This document shows positions 47,988 to 58,663 of a stretch of 64,000 nucleotides of DNA, in pieces (the stretch's first letter is position 1; every line of letters starts with the position of its first letter). The stretch is from positions 1 to 64,000 of the IMG/VR virus record IMGVR_UViG_3300030101_003058. The stretch is one strand, 5' to 3'. Source of the stretch: a virus. Under the pieces are notes generated by a model. The model was not told the DNA's origin. It saw only the letters and a program-made list of their open reading frames with translations, and did no database searches. The position numbers were made by a program, and so were the translations under genes.

Positions 47988-48916
47988 TAATTATTATCCA
48001 GAATATTCAACCAATCCTCACGCACAACACCAGCGGCTTCCTTATTAACACTCTTAGCAATCAGCTTCCAATCATCCGAAGAAATCTCATATTCATCACG
48101 CTCAAATTCTTCTTTGGCATCTTTCACAAGCAACCCTTGGAGTTTACCAAAGTCTTTCTGAGAAACTTCCCCGATCTCGCTGATGACGTTATTAAAACGA
48201 TTCTTGTTGAGATACTGTAGAAAGTCTTCAAAGATTCCTTTGACTTCTTCGGGCATCTTAAACGGCTTTTTCGGTGCTTTCTGTTTCTTCTCAGAAAAGC
48301 TCTTGGACTTGTTCTTGATGATAGCACGGGAGCCTGTCCGAAGAAATGCTTCATCTTGCAACTGCTTAATCACCAAACCTTCTGCTTTGCTGTCGTACCC
48401 ATTACGTTTAGATACAATAGAATCAAACTCAGGAGAAACCTTAAGAAGCTGCTCAAGAGTGTCACGGCCAATTTCCGGTGCAGTTGGAATACTGTAGTCT
48501 GCACAAACTTTCACAACAACATCCCAATCAACAAACACTTCGTCATCCATCAGGTAAATGTCGAAAGCAATAAAATCCTTTGGTCCGTACTGAATTTCTT
48601 TCTGGACACCTTCGCCATACAACTCACCATAGATTTGTACAGGTTGATCAAACACAAGCTCGATGTTCTTCACTAGATTCTTATAAATGTCCACTACAGG
48701 ATTACACCCGTAGAATTCGTAAGAACCTGTTTCGGGGTTTGCTCCGATTGTGCTTGAGCGTTTGAATGGTGTGACCTCACCACCCTCTACAATAAAACCA
48801 AAGTTCGCTCCGTGGATCTTCTCAAGAGCTACCCACTCACTTGCTCCAAGTTCTCTGCAATCGTTTACAAACTTCTCTCTGTAAGCATTCTCAAGACTGT
48901 TGAATTTCTTAAACAC
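47984..48916 (-). CDS. RNA ligase, Rnl2 family
   Basis: MFKKFNSLEN start (GTG after AAGGAG), EKIHGANF, GELYG, AFDI, EGLVIK, IIKNK. Confidence 0.92.
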   Translation of the reverse strand: MFKKFNSLENAYREKFVNDCRELGASEWVALEKIHGANFGFIVEGGEVTPFKRSSTIGANPETGSYEFYGCNPVVDIYKNLVKNIELVFDQPVQIYGELYGEGVQKEIQYGPKDFIAFDIYLMDDEVFVDWDVVVKVCADYSIPTAPEIGRDTLEQLLKVSPEFDSIVSKRNGYDSKAEGLVIKQLQDEAFLRTGSRAIIKNKSKSFSEKKQKAPKKPFKMPEEVKGIFEDFLQYLNKNRFNNVISEIGEVSQKDFGKLQGLLVKDAKEEFERDEYEISSDDWKLIAKSVNKEAAGVVREDWLNILDNNY

Positions 48917-49994
48917 ACCATCGTCTCCTTTAAATACCAATGTTAAACTTTAGTTTAAACCACAACCACACTCAAGATCACCCCCTGCACTTCCTCAGCA
49001 ACCATCTGACGACTCTCATAATCAAACCTTTGAATATACTTATGCTCATCGTCAACACAAAGCTGCTCAATGCAATCTAGGGTATATCGCTGAGAATCTG
49101 TTGTTACTATTACGCTTTCTGGGGTCATTCTGGATTCTCCAGTTGGTACTCTAGTTTACTTCTTTCGCCCTTATAGAGAATCTTCCGTGACAAACCATCT
49201 CTATACTGCTGCTTCTCGAACTCAGCAATCTTTTCATTGGCTTTAGCTAATTCTCGAACTGTTCTCCAGTGTTCTTTCTGTAATCGTTCGGCGGATTGAC
49301 TTGTGAATAGGTTAATGCATATAAGTTCGTTGACTTCTTTCTCGTGTGTTTTCTTTAGCATAAACATCAGCTTGCCTCCAAGTCATCCAAAGCACTCAAC
49401 ATATTCTCAAGATCTTCTCTTGTGAGTTCTACTAACGCCATATAACCTATAGAGTCTTCTATATCAAGATCTATTGTTGGTTCTGGCCCCATGTTAATAC
49501 AAGGTTCCCACTCGTGATCTTCTCTTTTTAATTTCATAAGTTACCTCTTCTAGTGTCCATACTTATACATTCTAAGTCTAATCCTCAGAGATGTCAACGC
49601 TTTCACAAGCATTCTCTAGAATTCATCGTCAATATCATCGTTGATATGATTAATCAGCACAACAACGATACACAAGATAGCAACAGCCCCGTAAAGCATT
49701 GCCAGAATTCCCGTCAAAGGAATCGCAAGCACTACGAAGATAATCGCCAGAAGGCACATGATTTCTGTGTTTAGTAAGTTCATATCTAAGTCCCCCTAAA
49801 GTAAAACTTTGATTTCCACAACAGTGCCCATACTAGGCAAAGCTGCGTTAAGTTGCAAGGTCCACTTGCGAAACTCTCTGAGAGCTTCTGAGAAGACTCT
49901 TGAGCGATACATCTCTACGTTATCAGCGTAAACGACATACACGCAATTGATAGCACCAAAGAAGTCCAGAGTGCTTCCAAAGTCTGTGTCTAAG

Positions 49995-50429
49995 TTATTC
50001 TGTTTGTCCATTTGTGTTCTCCAGTTCGCTATAGATTTTAGACCAACGCTTCCTCTTGCGTTCTTGCACACGAGCCTTCTTCATGTACAGCCATTTTCTT
50101 CCTTCAAAAATCAAAAGTTTGTTCTCGGCTTCTGATAGTGCAAAGGGTGCATCGACGAATTCACCAAATGTATCTCTTGTAAGCCTGAATACAGCTTTTG
50201 TTTTCCTGTCCACAGCCTCATAACTGTAAAACCCCAAACCAAACTCTTTAGATCTAATGTAAAAGCTCTTGGGACGTTCCTGTAATGCCTTTACAATCAT
50301 CAGAACAGGCTCTGAAATATCTTTGGCTTTTTCTTCTGCTTGCTCTGTTGCAGCATCAATAGCCTTCCCGCATTCTTCAATGTCCTCCTCAATCTGTTTT
50401 TCGTGCTTACTTTTCCAAAACTGCCACAT
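49995..50429 (-). CDS. Hypothetical protein
   Basis: GAGG RBS. Confidence 0.6.
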   Translation of the reverse strand: MWQFWKSKHEKQIEEDIEECGKAIDAATEQAEEKAKDISEPVLMIVKALQERPKSFYIRSKEFGLGFYSYEAVDRKTKAVFRLTRDTFGEFVDAPFALSEAENKLLIFEGRKWLYMKKARVQERKRKRWSKIYSELENTNGQTE

Positions 50430-50457
50430 AACAATTCCTCCTATACTCTCTCGTCTC

Positions 50458-50542
50458 GCACAGGCGTCTCTAAGGCTATTCCAACATACCCCGCTGGGGT
50501 TGCTTAGGGTAGCTCACGAAACGCTCTTGTAGGCTTCTGTGT
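50458..50542 (+). repeat. Dispersed ~85-bp repeat, copy 3
   Basis: ...GCTTAGGGTAGC...GAAACGCTCTTGTAGGCTTCTG. Confidence 0.7.
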
Positions 50543-50781
50543 GCGCTTGTGTTGCTATTGTAAATCTATCCCAAGCATCTCCACCACATCACCACCAATA
50601 TTATCAAGATCATTGAAGTAGCGATACATAGAATACTCATGAACATTCTCAAAATGCTTCAGTTCACACCTTCCGTGTTTCTTTGCGTGTTCACTGAAGG
50701 CTCCTGAGATGTTGTTGCTGGCACCTGCTCTCCAGAGATCAAATTCTGTTTCAATGTAAAAACTTGGGACTGTTGGTTGTT

Positions 50782-51402
50782 TCATGTGTTCTCCTTTTGT
50801 TTGTCTTTGGTGCTTATGCTTGGTTTTCCATGGCGTTTTGTGTAACCTAGTTGTGGATTTTTGGCGAAAAACTCTTCACGGGCTTTAGCGGCCTCCTCTA
50901 TAGTGTTGTAATAACCAAGACCTTTGCGACTACCATCAACACTAATCTGAGCCTTCCACTTTTCCAGTTTTTTGCACCAACATACGCCCGTAACACCGGA
51001 TGTGTTGTCCTTTCTAATTCTTTGGTTCCTGACATTGATTTTTTGAGGTACATCCCTTAGATTCTCAATTTTGTTATTTTCAGGGTTTCCGTCAATGTGG
51101 TCAATATGATGTTCTGGCATATTACCATAAGTCAACACCCAAACAATTTGATGTGCAGTTATTCCCTTTATTCCACCAGCACCTACTACCAAGTACCCAT
51201 GCCCTTGTCTGCCGAATTTCACAATTTTCCCTGCACGCTCCCGAAGAAAATTTCGATATCTGCCTTTATACTTGTTCCACCTCGGGTCAATCCAAGATTT
51301 CCAGCAGATTGCTCCTGTATCAGCATCATAGTCAAAAAATGCTTTAATCACACCTTCTTTTGATCTATCAAGTAATTCTCCGGTGTTTTCTACGTCTTGC
51401 AT
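50782..51402 (-). CDS. HNH endonuclease with AP2 DNA-binding domain
   Basis: IDHIDGNPENNKIENLR; NTSGVTGVCW...KWKAQI...LGYY...EEA. Confidence 0.92.
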   Translation of the reverse strand: MQDVENTGELLDRSKEGVIKAFFDYDADTGAICWKSWIDPRWNKYKGRYRNFLRERAGKIVKFGRQGHGYLVVGAGGIKGITAHQIVWVLTYGNMPEHHIDHIDGNPENNKIENLRDVPQKINVRNQRIRKDNTSGVTGVCWCKKLEKWKAQISVDGSRKGLGYYNTIEEAAKAREEFFAKNPQLGYTKRHGKPSISTKDKQKENT

Positions 51403-51539
51403 AGAATATCTCCTTAGTTCGTTCTTGTGTTCAATCTGATGCGTAGCATATCAGCACACAACACATCTTGTCAACAGAATTCTTTAGGCTGCTTCGCTCT
51501 GGCACACGAAACTATGCTTTCGCTTATGAATACTTTAAC

Positions 51540-51850
51540 GTATCTATAGTTACTCTTAAGAGTATCCTCAGATGATTCTTGAGTTTGGAAGGTTCTCATT
51601 TCCACCTTCCCTTGTCAAGAGGTTACTGAGGTGTTCTTAAGGTATCCTTAGATTATCCTTAAGAGGGAAGGTAATGTGATTACCATTCCTTCCTTACCTA
51701 AGTTCTTTCTAAGAATGTTCTAGGGAATTCTTTAGATCATTCTTGTGTGATCTGTGTGTATCCCTGCGTTCCTTTGTTTTCTATTGTTTGAGTCTAACGG
51801 AATTTCTGATAACCGTCAACACCTAAGGTTTTCTGAGAATTTCTTTAGTT
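51540..51850 (-). repeat. Promoter plus phased-repeat element, copy B (inverted relative to A)
   Basis: TTGACG-N17-TAGACT at 51819-51791 plus downstream similarity to 12985-13060. Confidence 0.75.
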
Positions 51851-52025
51851 TGCTATTGACAATAAGCTGAAAATCGTCAAAGATAGTAACTATGGAGTTA
51901 TAATGAATTACTTAAGTATTCTAAAGAACTATCTTAAGATTCTCTTTATTATATTCTTTACTATTCAATACTATTACTTACTAGAGTATTCTAAAGAGAT
52001 TCTTGAGTATATACAGGAGAAACGT

Positions 52026-53102
52026 ATGACTGAAATCATAGATCTCAATTCTAAACGAAAGCAATCCCAACAATCCCCACAGAACACATCAATCGACACA
52101 ATGCTGATGTTGCTTGAGAAATACCACAGTATGCTTAGGCAGATGAAAGATTCTGGTGTAGAACATTTGGATGTCACAGTTGGTGACAGTACACTTGAGT
52201 TTGTCCCTAAGAGCTTGTGTGTGATCGTTGGAGACGGATCTGTGGTATTGTCCGAGGGGTTGCATGGGTTAAATTCAATAGAAGCTCTAGGGCTTCAGAG
52301 CAAGCTCAAAGAGATTGTTTTTGAACAGACGTAAGTAAACAATGGAGGGTATATGAGTAACAGAAAAACACCAGAAGAAATTCTACAGATTAATGGCTTT
52401 GAAAAACACCTAAACCACAGATGGTTTTTTAAGAACGACTTTGGAATTATTCGGGTAGATCTAGACAAGGAAGAAATTGCTTTTAGGAAGCCAACAGATC
52501 CTTCTCAAGATTTTTACCAAATGTACGATCAAGAAACATTTGATGCAGCCCTTGTGCAAACCTATGTGCGCTCTGGGATGTATGATTATCTTCGGCAGAA
52601 ACAGGAGAGTACATGAGCGTCCGTTGTAAGTGTTGCGATGTGCAGCTACTCACCATTCATCGCAAGAAAAACTCAAGCGAACTTGAGGATCTCTGCTCAA
52701 CCTGTCGATCAGCAGCATGGTATCAATACAATTACTTGAATGATCATCGGTATGTCCATCAGGAAGCTGAAGATGGCGATGTTAGTTATCCGCATGACTG
52801 TTCGAACTACTAGCTAAAGGGGTATTATGAATAAGGCGATCATTAAAGATATAAGGATAGATGGTGGAGACACCTACGGTTTCATAGATACGTTTGAATC
52901 GGAGGGTGTATTGTATTCCGATTGTGCTATCGTGAACACTACAGTTTTTATCAGAATGAACTCAGTCCCGTTTCAAAGATGTTACTTTGAGAATTGTGAA
53001 ATAAAAACTGAGGCAGGATCAATACACGGCTTAGGTGGTCAGAACTTTATCTCCAATAGTAAAATCAATGGTGAATTCAAAGAAGACTTCCGTACATATT
53101 GA
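52026..53102 (+). other. Four small hypothetical CDS (52026-52334, 52353-52616, 52613-52813 with Cys pairs, 52827-53102)
   Basis: RBSs and packing; upstream TTGACA promoter near 51856. Confidence 0.65.
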
Positions 53103-53234
53103 AATCTGTGAATTGTACCAGAATATCATTTGCTTGACAAGAGATAATTTTATGTTCATACTTAAGTACGTACAGGAGATTCTATGAATTTCTTTTGAAA
53201 CACTAATTTAACACAACTATAGCTGGAGAAATTT

Positions 53235-53573
53235 ATGGCTACTAAGAAAACTAAAGGTGTCGGCGGAAGAAAGCCGGGGATGACTAAAGAGATCGTCTCA
53301 GCGAGAAAACACCTGAGAACATGGGCAGAACTTGAGCATGAGGTTTCTGAGGATGTCTTGGAAGCATATAATGTTGTCCGAAGCGTTATGAAGGATTCTT
53401 CTGCTCCTCCTGCATCTCGTCGGGCTGCTGCTAATGATATCATCGCGTTCTTCAAAGAATTGCAACAGAAGTCTGAGAAGACTGTTGAGGATTTTGAAGG
53501 GAGTTTTGAGAATGACGGGGGGGATTCTGAAGATGGTTCTAATGTACAGCCTTTGTTTAAATGGAGTGAATGA
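53235..53573 (+). CDS. Probable terminase small subunit
   Basis: Directly before terL; N-terminal GGRKPG; helical. Confidence 0.55.
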   Translation: MATKKTKGVGGRKPGMTKEIVSARKHLRTWAELEHEVSEDVLEAYNVVRSVMKDSSAPPASRRAAANDIIAFFKELQQKSEKTVEDFEGSFENDGGDSEDGSNVQPLFKWSE

Positions 53574-53594
53574 TAGTAATACGGGAGGTGTTGT

Positions 53595-56500
53595 TTGAGT
53601 AACGAGAGACACGTACTGAAGCCGCAACCGGGACCACAAACAGATTTCCTTAAAGCCGATGAAACTTATGTTTTCTACGGCGGTGGTGCTAAGTAACACT
53701 GGTTCCACCTTAAAAACACCTGTCTAATCGGGGAAACCTACGGTTGATTTATCAACTAGGGCAATCCTGAGCGAATATCGTAATCAATATAAACTCTAAG
53801 ATTTATCTAAGGAGAAACAGAAATGCCAGACATTAAGCCGATATACGGTTACCCAAACTATTCAGTATCTTCGGATGGTGTTGTTTGGAGCAACATTACG
53901 GGGAAGCCTGTAACTGAGTATATTACCGAATCTAGCCCCACTGTCAAAAGGGGTTCCGGTTACCATAGGGTACAGCTTTACAAGAACGGTAAAGGTAAAA
54001 AGTTCTTTGTTCATCGTCTTGTAGCGTTAGCCTTTATATCAAACGATGACCCAGAGGCCAACTGCGTTAACCACAAAAACGGTAATAAAGCAGATAATTC
54101 TGTGGAAAATCTTGAGTGGGTTACACACCGCCAGAATGTAGATCACGCAGTTGAAACAGGTCTGCAACTCAAAGGCGAGGCAGTAGGCACTTCCATCTAC
54201 GAGGAACAAATGGTTCACAAGGCTTGTCAGATGATTGCTCGGGGTGATTTATCACTTCAAGACATCTCTGATGAGACGGGACTTGGTTACCACACAGTGT
54301 CTGATCTGAAGAATCGGCGCTCATGGAACCATATCACCGAACAATATGATTACGATAAGGCCAAGAGACTACCGAGGTCGCGCAGAACTGCGTAAGATAG
54401 TAGGGTAGGCTGCAAGTGCAGCCGAAACGGCAGGAACGTGTTTACACGTTAAGATATAGTCCGATACTCGGGGAAACCCGAGAGTGACCTCACGAGTCAC
54501 ATAACAGCCACGGGTGGTGGCAAGAGTTGGGCCATACTTGCAGATAATCTCAAGTACATACATGACCCAAATTATTTCTCAGTGTTCTTCAGGGAAACCA
54601 CGACCCAGATAGAATCTGGACTCTGGCCCGAGGCCCTGAAGATGTATGAACCGTTCTTGAAATATCAGAGCGGCCCAAAGAAAGGTAAACTTCTTCCCGG
54701 TGTCAAAATCCGAGATAAAGACAAAACAATAATCTGGCCCTCGGGTGCCAAGACACGTTTCAGTTACCTTCAGAATGACCGTGATGCTAACCAGTGGTAC
54801 GGTACGGAGCTTTCTCGGGTGTATATGGACGAGTTCCAGCATTTCTCCGAAGTGCAGTTTACCGTACTTCGTTCGCGTCTGCGTTCTAAAGCTAAGTTCC
54901 CATCTGCAATGCGCTGTACAATGAACCCAGACAGCGGACACTTTGTTCTTGAGTTTATCCGAAGATATCTTGACGAAGATGGTTATCCTATCAGGGATTA
55001 CTCAGGTAAACGCGCATGGTTCATTATGCAAGGCGGGGATATCTATACGGATTGGGATTTTGATGCTCTGCAAGAAAAGTTCCCAGATCAGACACCACAG
55101 AGCTATACGTATGTCCCGTCGGTGCTCTCTGATAACCAAGAGTTGTTAAAACTTGAGCCGGGATATGCAGATATCCTTAAGTCTTTGCCTGATGTAAAAC
55201 GCAGGCAGCTTCTGGAAGGTTGTTGGTTCGTGAGCGACAACAATGCGATGTACTTTGATCGCACTTGGTTACACAGGATAAACTCTGTCCCTCCAAATTG
55301 TAAAGCAGTCCGCGCATGGGATAAAGCATCTGAGGAACCGAACCCTTCCCTCCGACATCCTGACTACACTGCATCTGTTAAGATGTACAAGGATAAGCAC
55401 GGGAATTACTATTTGTGTGAGGGCACAAGGTTCCGCAAGCAGTCTGGTGAACGGGATATGATGATTCTGAATCAAGCAGAGCATGATGGTAGGGATTGCT
55501 ACATTGTGTTTCCGATAGATCCGGGATCTTCTGGAAAATCTGAGTTCCGACACTCAACTAAAACATTTCTGGAAGAAGGCTTTGTAGTAAAGCGTGACCC
55601 TATGGCCCCGACAAAACCGAAGGTACTGAAGTTTGAGCCATTTGCAACAGCGGCTCAGAACGGTCAAGTATATTTGGTTGAGAAGGAATGGGATTCTGAT
55701 AATCTCAAGGCTTATTTGGATGAGCTTGAGTCATTTACAGGGGAACGTTCGAATGCTTCAAGAAAAGACGATTAACAACTTTGTTACCACAGCAAACCCA
55801 GTCGTCTATAAACTCCTTTAATTGCTGGAAACTCCAGTCAGACTTTGAGTAGGATATTGCACGGTAACGTAGCAACGAACCCTGAAAACCTCAAAGGTAT
55901 GGACAATCAGCAGACAATAGTGTAGACTCTGTAAGTAGAGATATAAATTTATTTACGGAGGAATTATTTTGGAAATTAAAAAAGTAAGAGGTTTTGAAAA
56001 CTATTATGTGAGTAAAAACGGCGATGTGTTTTCTACATGGCACGGGACCATGAAGAAAATGACCTTACAACTTCATAAGAGCGGTTACTACAGCATTCGA
56101 CTGTCTAGAGGGTTGCGGGATTACCAAGGTTTTATGGTGCACAGGCTTGTAGCAGAAGCCTTTATCGAAAACCCGGAAGATTTACCTACCGTAAACCACA
56201 AAAATGGTATTAAAACTGACAACCGTGTTGAGAACCTTGAGTGGATGACATATAAAGAAAACAACCGCCACGCATGGGATATTGGCTTGTGCGATGGTCG
56301 CCGGGGTGTCAACAACCATTTCTCTAAAATATCAGAGGGTGATGTTCGAACTATTTGTGAGCTTTTGCAAGAAGGTAAGCAGAGTAGACAAGAGATTGCC
56401 GATTGTGTTGGTGTCAAATACAACATAGTCAGCTCTATTGTGGAACGTAGGGATTGGGCACACATAAGTCAGGACTACGACATCCCAAAGCCGCGTAAGA

Positions 56501-56979
56501 TTGCTAAGAAAACTTCTGACGATGTTGCAATAGAAGTCTGTAAACTTCTCAATCAAGGTGTTCGTAATAAAGACATTTGCAAGAAGCTGCAAGTTAATGC
56601 AGGTTTTGTTACGTCTATAAAAATCGGTAGACGTTATAAACATATTTCCAAAATATATTTACACTAAGTTTCAACGACCATCGAAAGCACACGAAAGTGT
56701 AGTTAGTAGAGTAGGCTTAAGCAAGCCGAAACTAGGAGAGGAGTCTTGAAAGACTCCTAAGATATGGTCTGATCTGCATAGAGATATGCAGCAGCACTTA
56801 GAGTGCGGGGAGAGCGTAGCGAACTCTCCTGAACATCAATGTGGGTAGATGCAACAGCATCAGCATTCAACAGCCTAAGCCGAGAAAAAGTAATCCCCCA
56901 ATTCTCCTTAGGCGAATTTTCCAGTAACAGTCCCACAGCTTTCAAAACACACAAGGATTCCGTAGATTACTACGAATAA
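53595..56979 (+). CDS. terL: Terminase large subunit; exons 53595-53690, 54513-55772, 56842-56979 (497 aa spliced)
   Basis: Splicing restores FYGGGA|GGGKSW (Walker A) and RKDD|WVDA; YMDEFQ Walker B; RCTMNP motif. Confidence 0.93.
53691..54512 (+). ncRNA. Group I intron 1 in terL
   Basis: 5' exon ends in U paired with G of IGS GGTTCCACC; P3 CCTGTC/GGCAGG; P7 GACTA/TAGTC; terminal G at 54512. Confidence 0.92.
53823..54395 (+). CDS. Intron-encoded NUMOD4-HNH homing endonuclease
   Basis: YSVSSDG.V, VHRLVA.AF, VNHKNGNKADN...NLEW. Confidence 0.92.
   Translation: MPDIKPIYGYPNYSVSSDGVVWSNITGKPVTEYITESSPTVKRGSGYHRVQLYKNGKGKKFFVHRLVALAFISNDDPEANCVNHKNGNKADNSVENLEWVTHRQNVDHAVETGLQLKGEAVGTSIYEEQMVHKACQMIARGDLSLQDISDETGLGYHTVSDLKNRRSWNHITEQYDYDKAKRLPRSRRTA
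55773..56841 (+). ncRNA. Group I intron 2 in terL
   Basis: GACGAT pairs with IGS GTCGTC; P10 ACCCA/TGGGT; TTGCTGGAAA and AATCAGCAG P4 elements; P7 GACCAT/ATGGTC; terminal G at 56841. Confidence 0.92.
55969..56667 (+). CDS. Intron-encoded NUMOD4-HNH endonuclease with two HTH repeats
   Basis: YYVSKNG.V, VHRLVAEAF, VNHKNGIKTDNRVENLEW; GGAGG RBS before TTG. Confidence 0.92.
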   Translation: MEIKKVRGFENYYVSKNGDVFSTWHGTMKKMTLQLHKSGYYSIRLSRGLRDYQGFMVHRLVAEAFIENPEDLPTVNHKNGIKTDNRVENLEWMTYKENNRHAWDIGLCDGRRGVNNHFSKISEGDVRTICELLQEGKQSRQEIADCVGVKYNIVSSIVERRDWAHISQDYDIPKPRKIAKKTSDDVAIEVCKLLNQGVRNKDICKKLQVNAGFVTSIKIGRRYKHISKIYLH

Positions 56980-57031
56980 CAACAATTATACCAGAATCTC
57001 AAACAAATGTGTAGTTTGCTACTAATAAGTA

Positions 57032-57060
57032 TTGACAACCAAGAGGTTATCCCCCATAAT
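57032..57060 (+). promoter_or_regulatory. sigma70-type promoter upstream of portal
   Basis: TTGACA-N17-CATAAT. Confidence 0.6.
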
Positions 57061-57193
57061 GTAAGTGTAAGGGGAGAGGAAATAGAACATTATAACATAG
57101 CGTTCTTTAGCCCCCTTAGCAGAATTCCAAAGGATAGCCTCTGGTTGTCTTTTTGTATTTTCACCAAATACACCAAGAGGATATTAAAATTAT

Positions 57194-58654
57194 ATGAGTG
57201 ATGACGACATCGTTGTAAAGCCAACAGGTGTCGCCAGCGAAGAATCCGCAACCAGTCGCATGAACCTATCCCAAGTAGGTTACACTGGTCTGAAGGAAGT
57301 CTCAGGCTACATCTTTGAAGATGCAAAGGTGGAGCTTAGATATCCTTACGCTGGTGAAACCTACCGCAAGATGATGCTCGATCCTACCATTGCTTCTGTG
57401 ACAAACTTCATCAAACTGATGATTACCAAAGCAGAATGGGCTGCATCATATCCAGAGGACGCTTCTGAAGAAGTTAAGGAAGCAGCAGAATTCCTCGGGT
57501 ACTGCATGAGCAATATGGTGGATCAGACTTGGCGAGAGTTCATAAGTCAAGTTGTTGATTACATCTTCTACGGTTTTCAGATTAACGAGAAAGTCTACAC
57601 CCGAGTGACATCAGGTGAATGGGCTGGAAAGATTAAGTGGAAGCATCTTCCAAGCAGACCTCAAGATACTCTGACAGGCTGGGGTATTTCCAAAGACGGT
57701 CTTGTGCAATATGTCAAGCAAAACCCCTCCCGCCTTGGTGTTTCGGCTCCAGAAGGCGAAGTCAAGATCCCCCGCAAGAAGTTCCTTCATTTCAAGCATC
57801 ATCCAAGGAGTAGTAACCCCGAGGGTACTGCTGGTCTTCGTGGATGTTATTTGCCATGGAAGGAAAAGACTCTCGCAAACGAACTTGAGCTTGTAGGTCT
57901 TACAAAAGACTTGGCTGGGATTGTTAATATAGGCGTAGACGCAGAGTATCTTGCAAAAGCTGCTTTGAATCCGGCTGGTCCTGAAGCACGTAATATTGAG
58001 CAGATGAAAAAAGATGCTGCTAATCTTTCCGCAGGATCTCAATCTTTCGTAATAACGCCCATTGCTTATTCTGAGTCAGGTAAAGACCTGTTCAACTTTG
58101 AATTAACTGGGGTCCAAGGTTCAGGAAAACAATTTTCGACTGACACTGTTATTCGAAGAAAGCAGAACGAGATGTTGACCGTATTTCTGGCAGATGTCCT
58201 AAAAATAGGTCAGGACTCAGCAGGCTCCTACGCTCTCAGCGATTCCAAGAACAACATCCTTGCCCTTGCCCTAGAGGGTTATCTAAAGACAATCTCCGAT
58301 GTAATCAACCGCGATCTTGTTCCCCAGACTCTAGCCATGAATGGTTGGAAGTTTTCTGCTGAGGAAATGCCCAAGATTACCTTTGGTGATATTGAAGATC
58401 GTGACTTGGATGTTCTTTCTAAGTATCTACAAAGGGTTGCCGCCACGGGCTTGATTTTCAAAGATAAGAAGCTAGATGCTGCTATCCGTAAAGCTGCAAA
58501 TCTTCCAGAAGCTGATTACGATGATCCAATGCCTGAGCAAGACTCAGGTGACTCAAGGTCTGGATCGGGGTTATCCGAAGGAATGCCCAACGGCACTGGA
58601 GATAGCGATGGAGACTCAGGAGACGATTCAATTGATAATGCTGAAAACGCCTAA
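57194..58654 (+). CDS. Portal protein
   Basis: Follows terL; Y.KM..DP.I, YGF...EKVY, NPEG...L, GSYALS motifs. Confidence 0.88.
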   Translation: MSDDDIVVKPTGVASEESATSRMNLSQVGYTGLKEVSGYIFEDAKVELRYPYAGETYRKMMLDPTIASVTNFIKLMITKAEWAASYPEDASEEVKEAAEFLGYCMSNMVDQTWREFISQVVDYIFYGFQINEKVYTRVTSGEWAGKIKWKHLPSRPQDTLTGWGISKDGLVQYVKQNPSRLGVSAPEGEVKIPRKKFLHFKHHPRSSNPEGTAGLRGCYLPWKEKTLANELELVGLTKDLAGIVNIGVDAEYLAKAALNPAGPEARNIEQMKKDAANLSAGSQSFVITPIAYSESGKDLFNFELTGVQGSGKQFSTDTVIRRKQNEMLTVFLADVLKIGQDSAGSYALSDSKNNILALALEGYLKTISDVINRDLVPQTLAMNGWKFSAEEMPKITFGDIEDRDLDVLSKYLQRVAATGLIFKDKKLDAAIRKAANLPEADYDDPMPEQDSGDSRSGSGLSEGMPNGTGDSDGDSGDDSIDNAENA

Positions 58655-58663
58655 GGAGGTTAA

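Noticed and set aside
51903-52025. N-terminal extension of ORF 51903-52334
   Set aside because: Low-complexity phased repeats; the real start is ATG 52026 after AGGAG
54582-55775. Truncated or pseudogene terminase
   Set aside because: Explained as the middle exon between two group I introns
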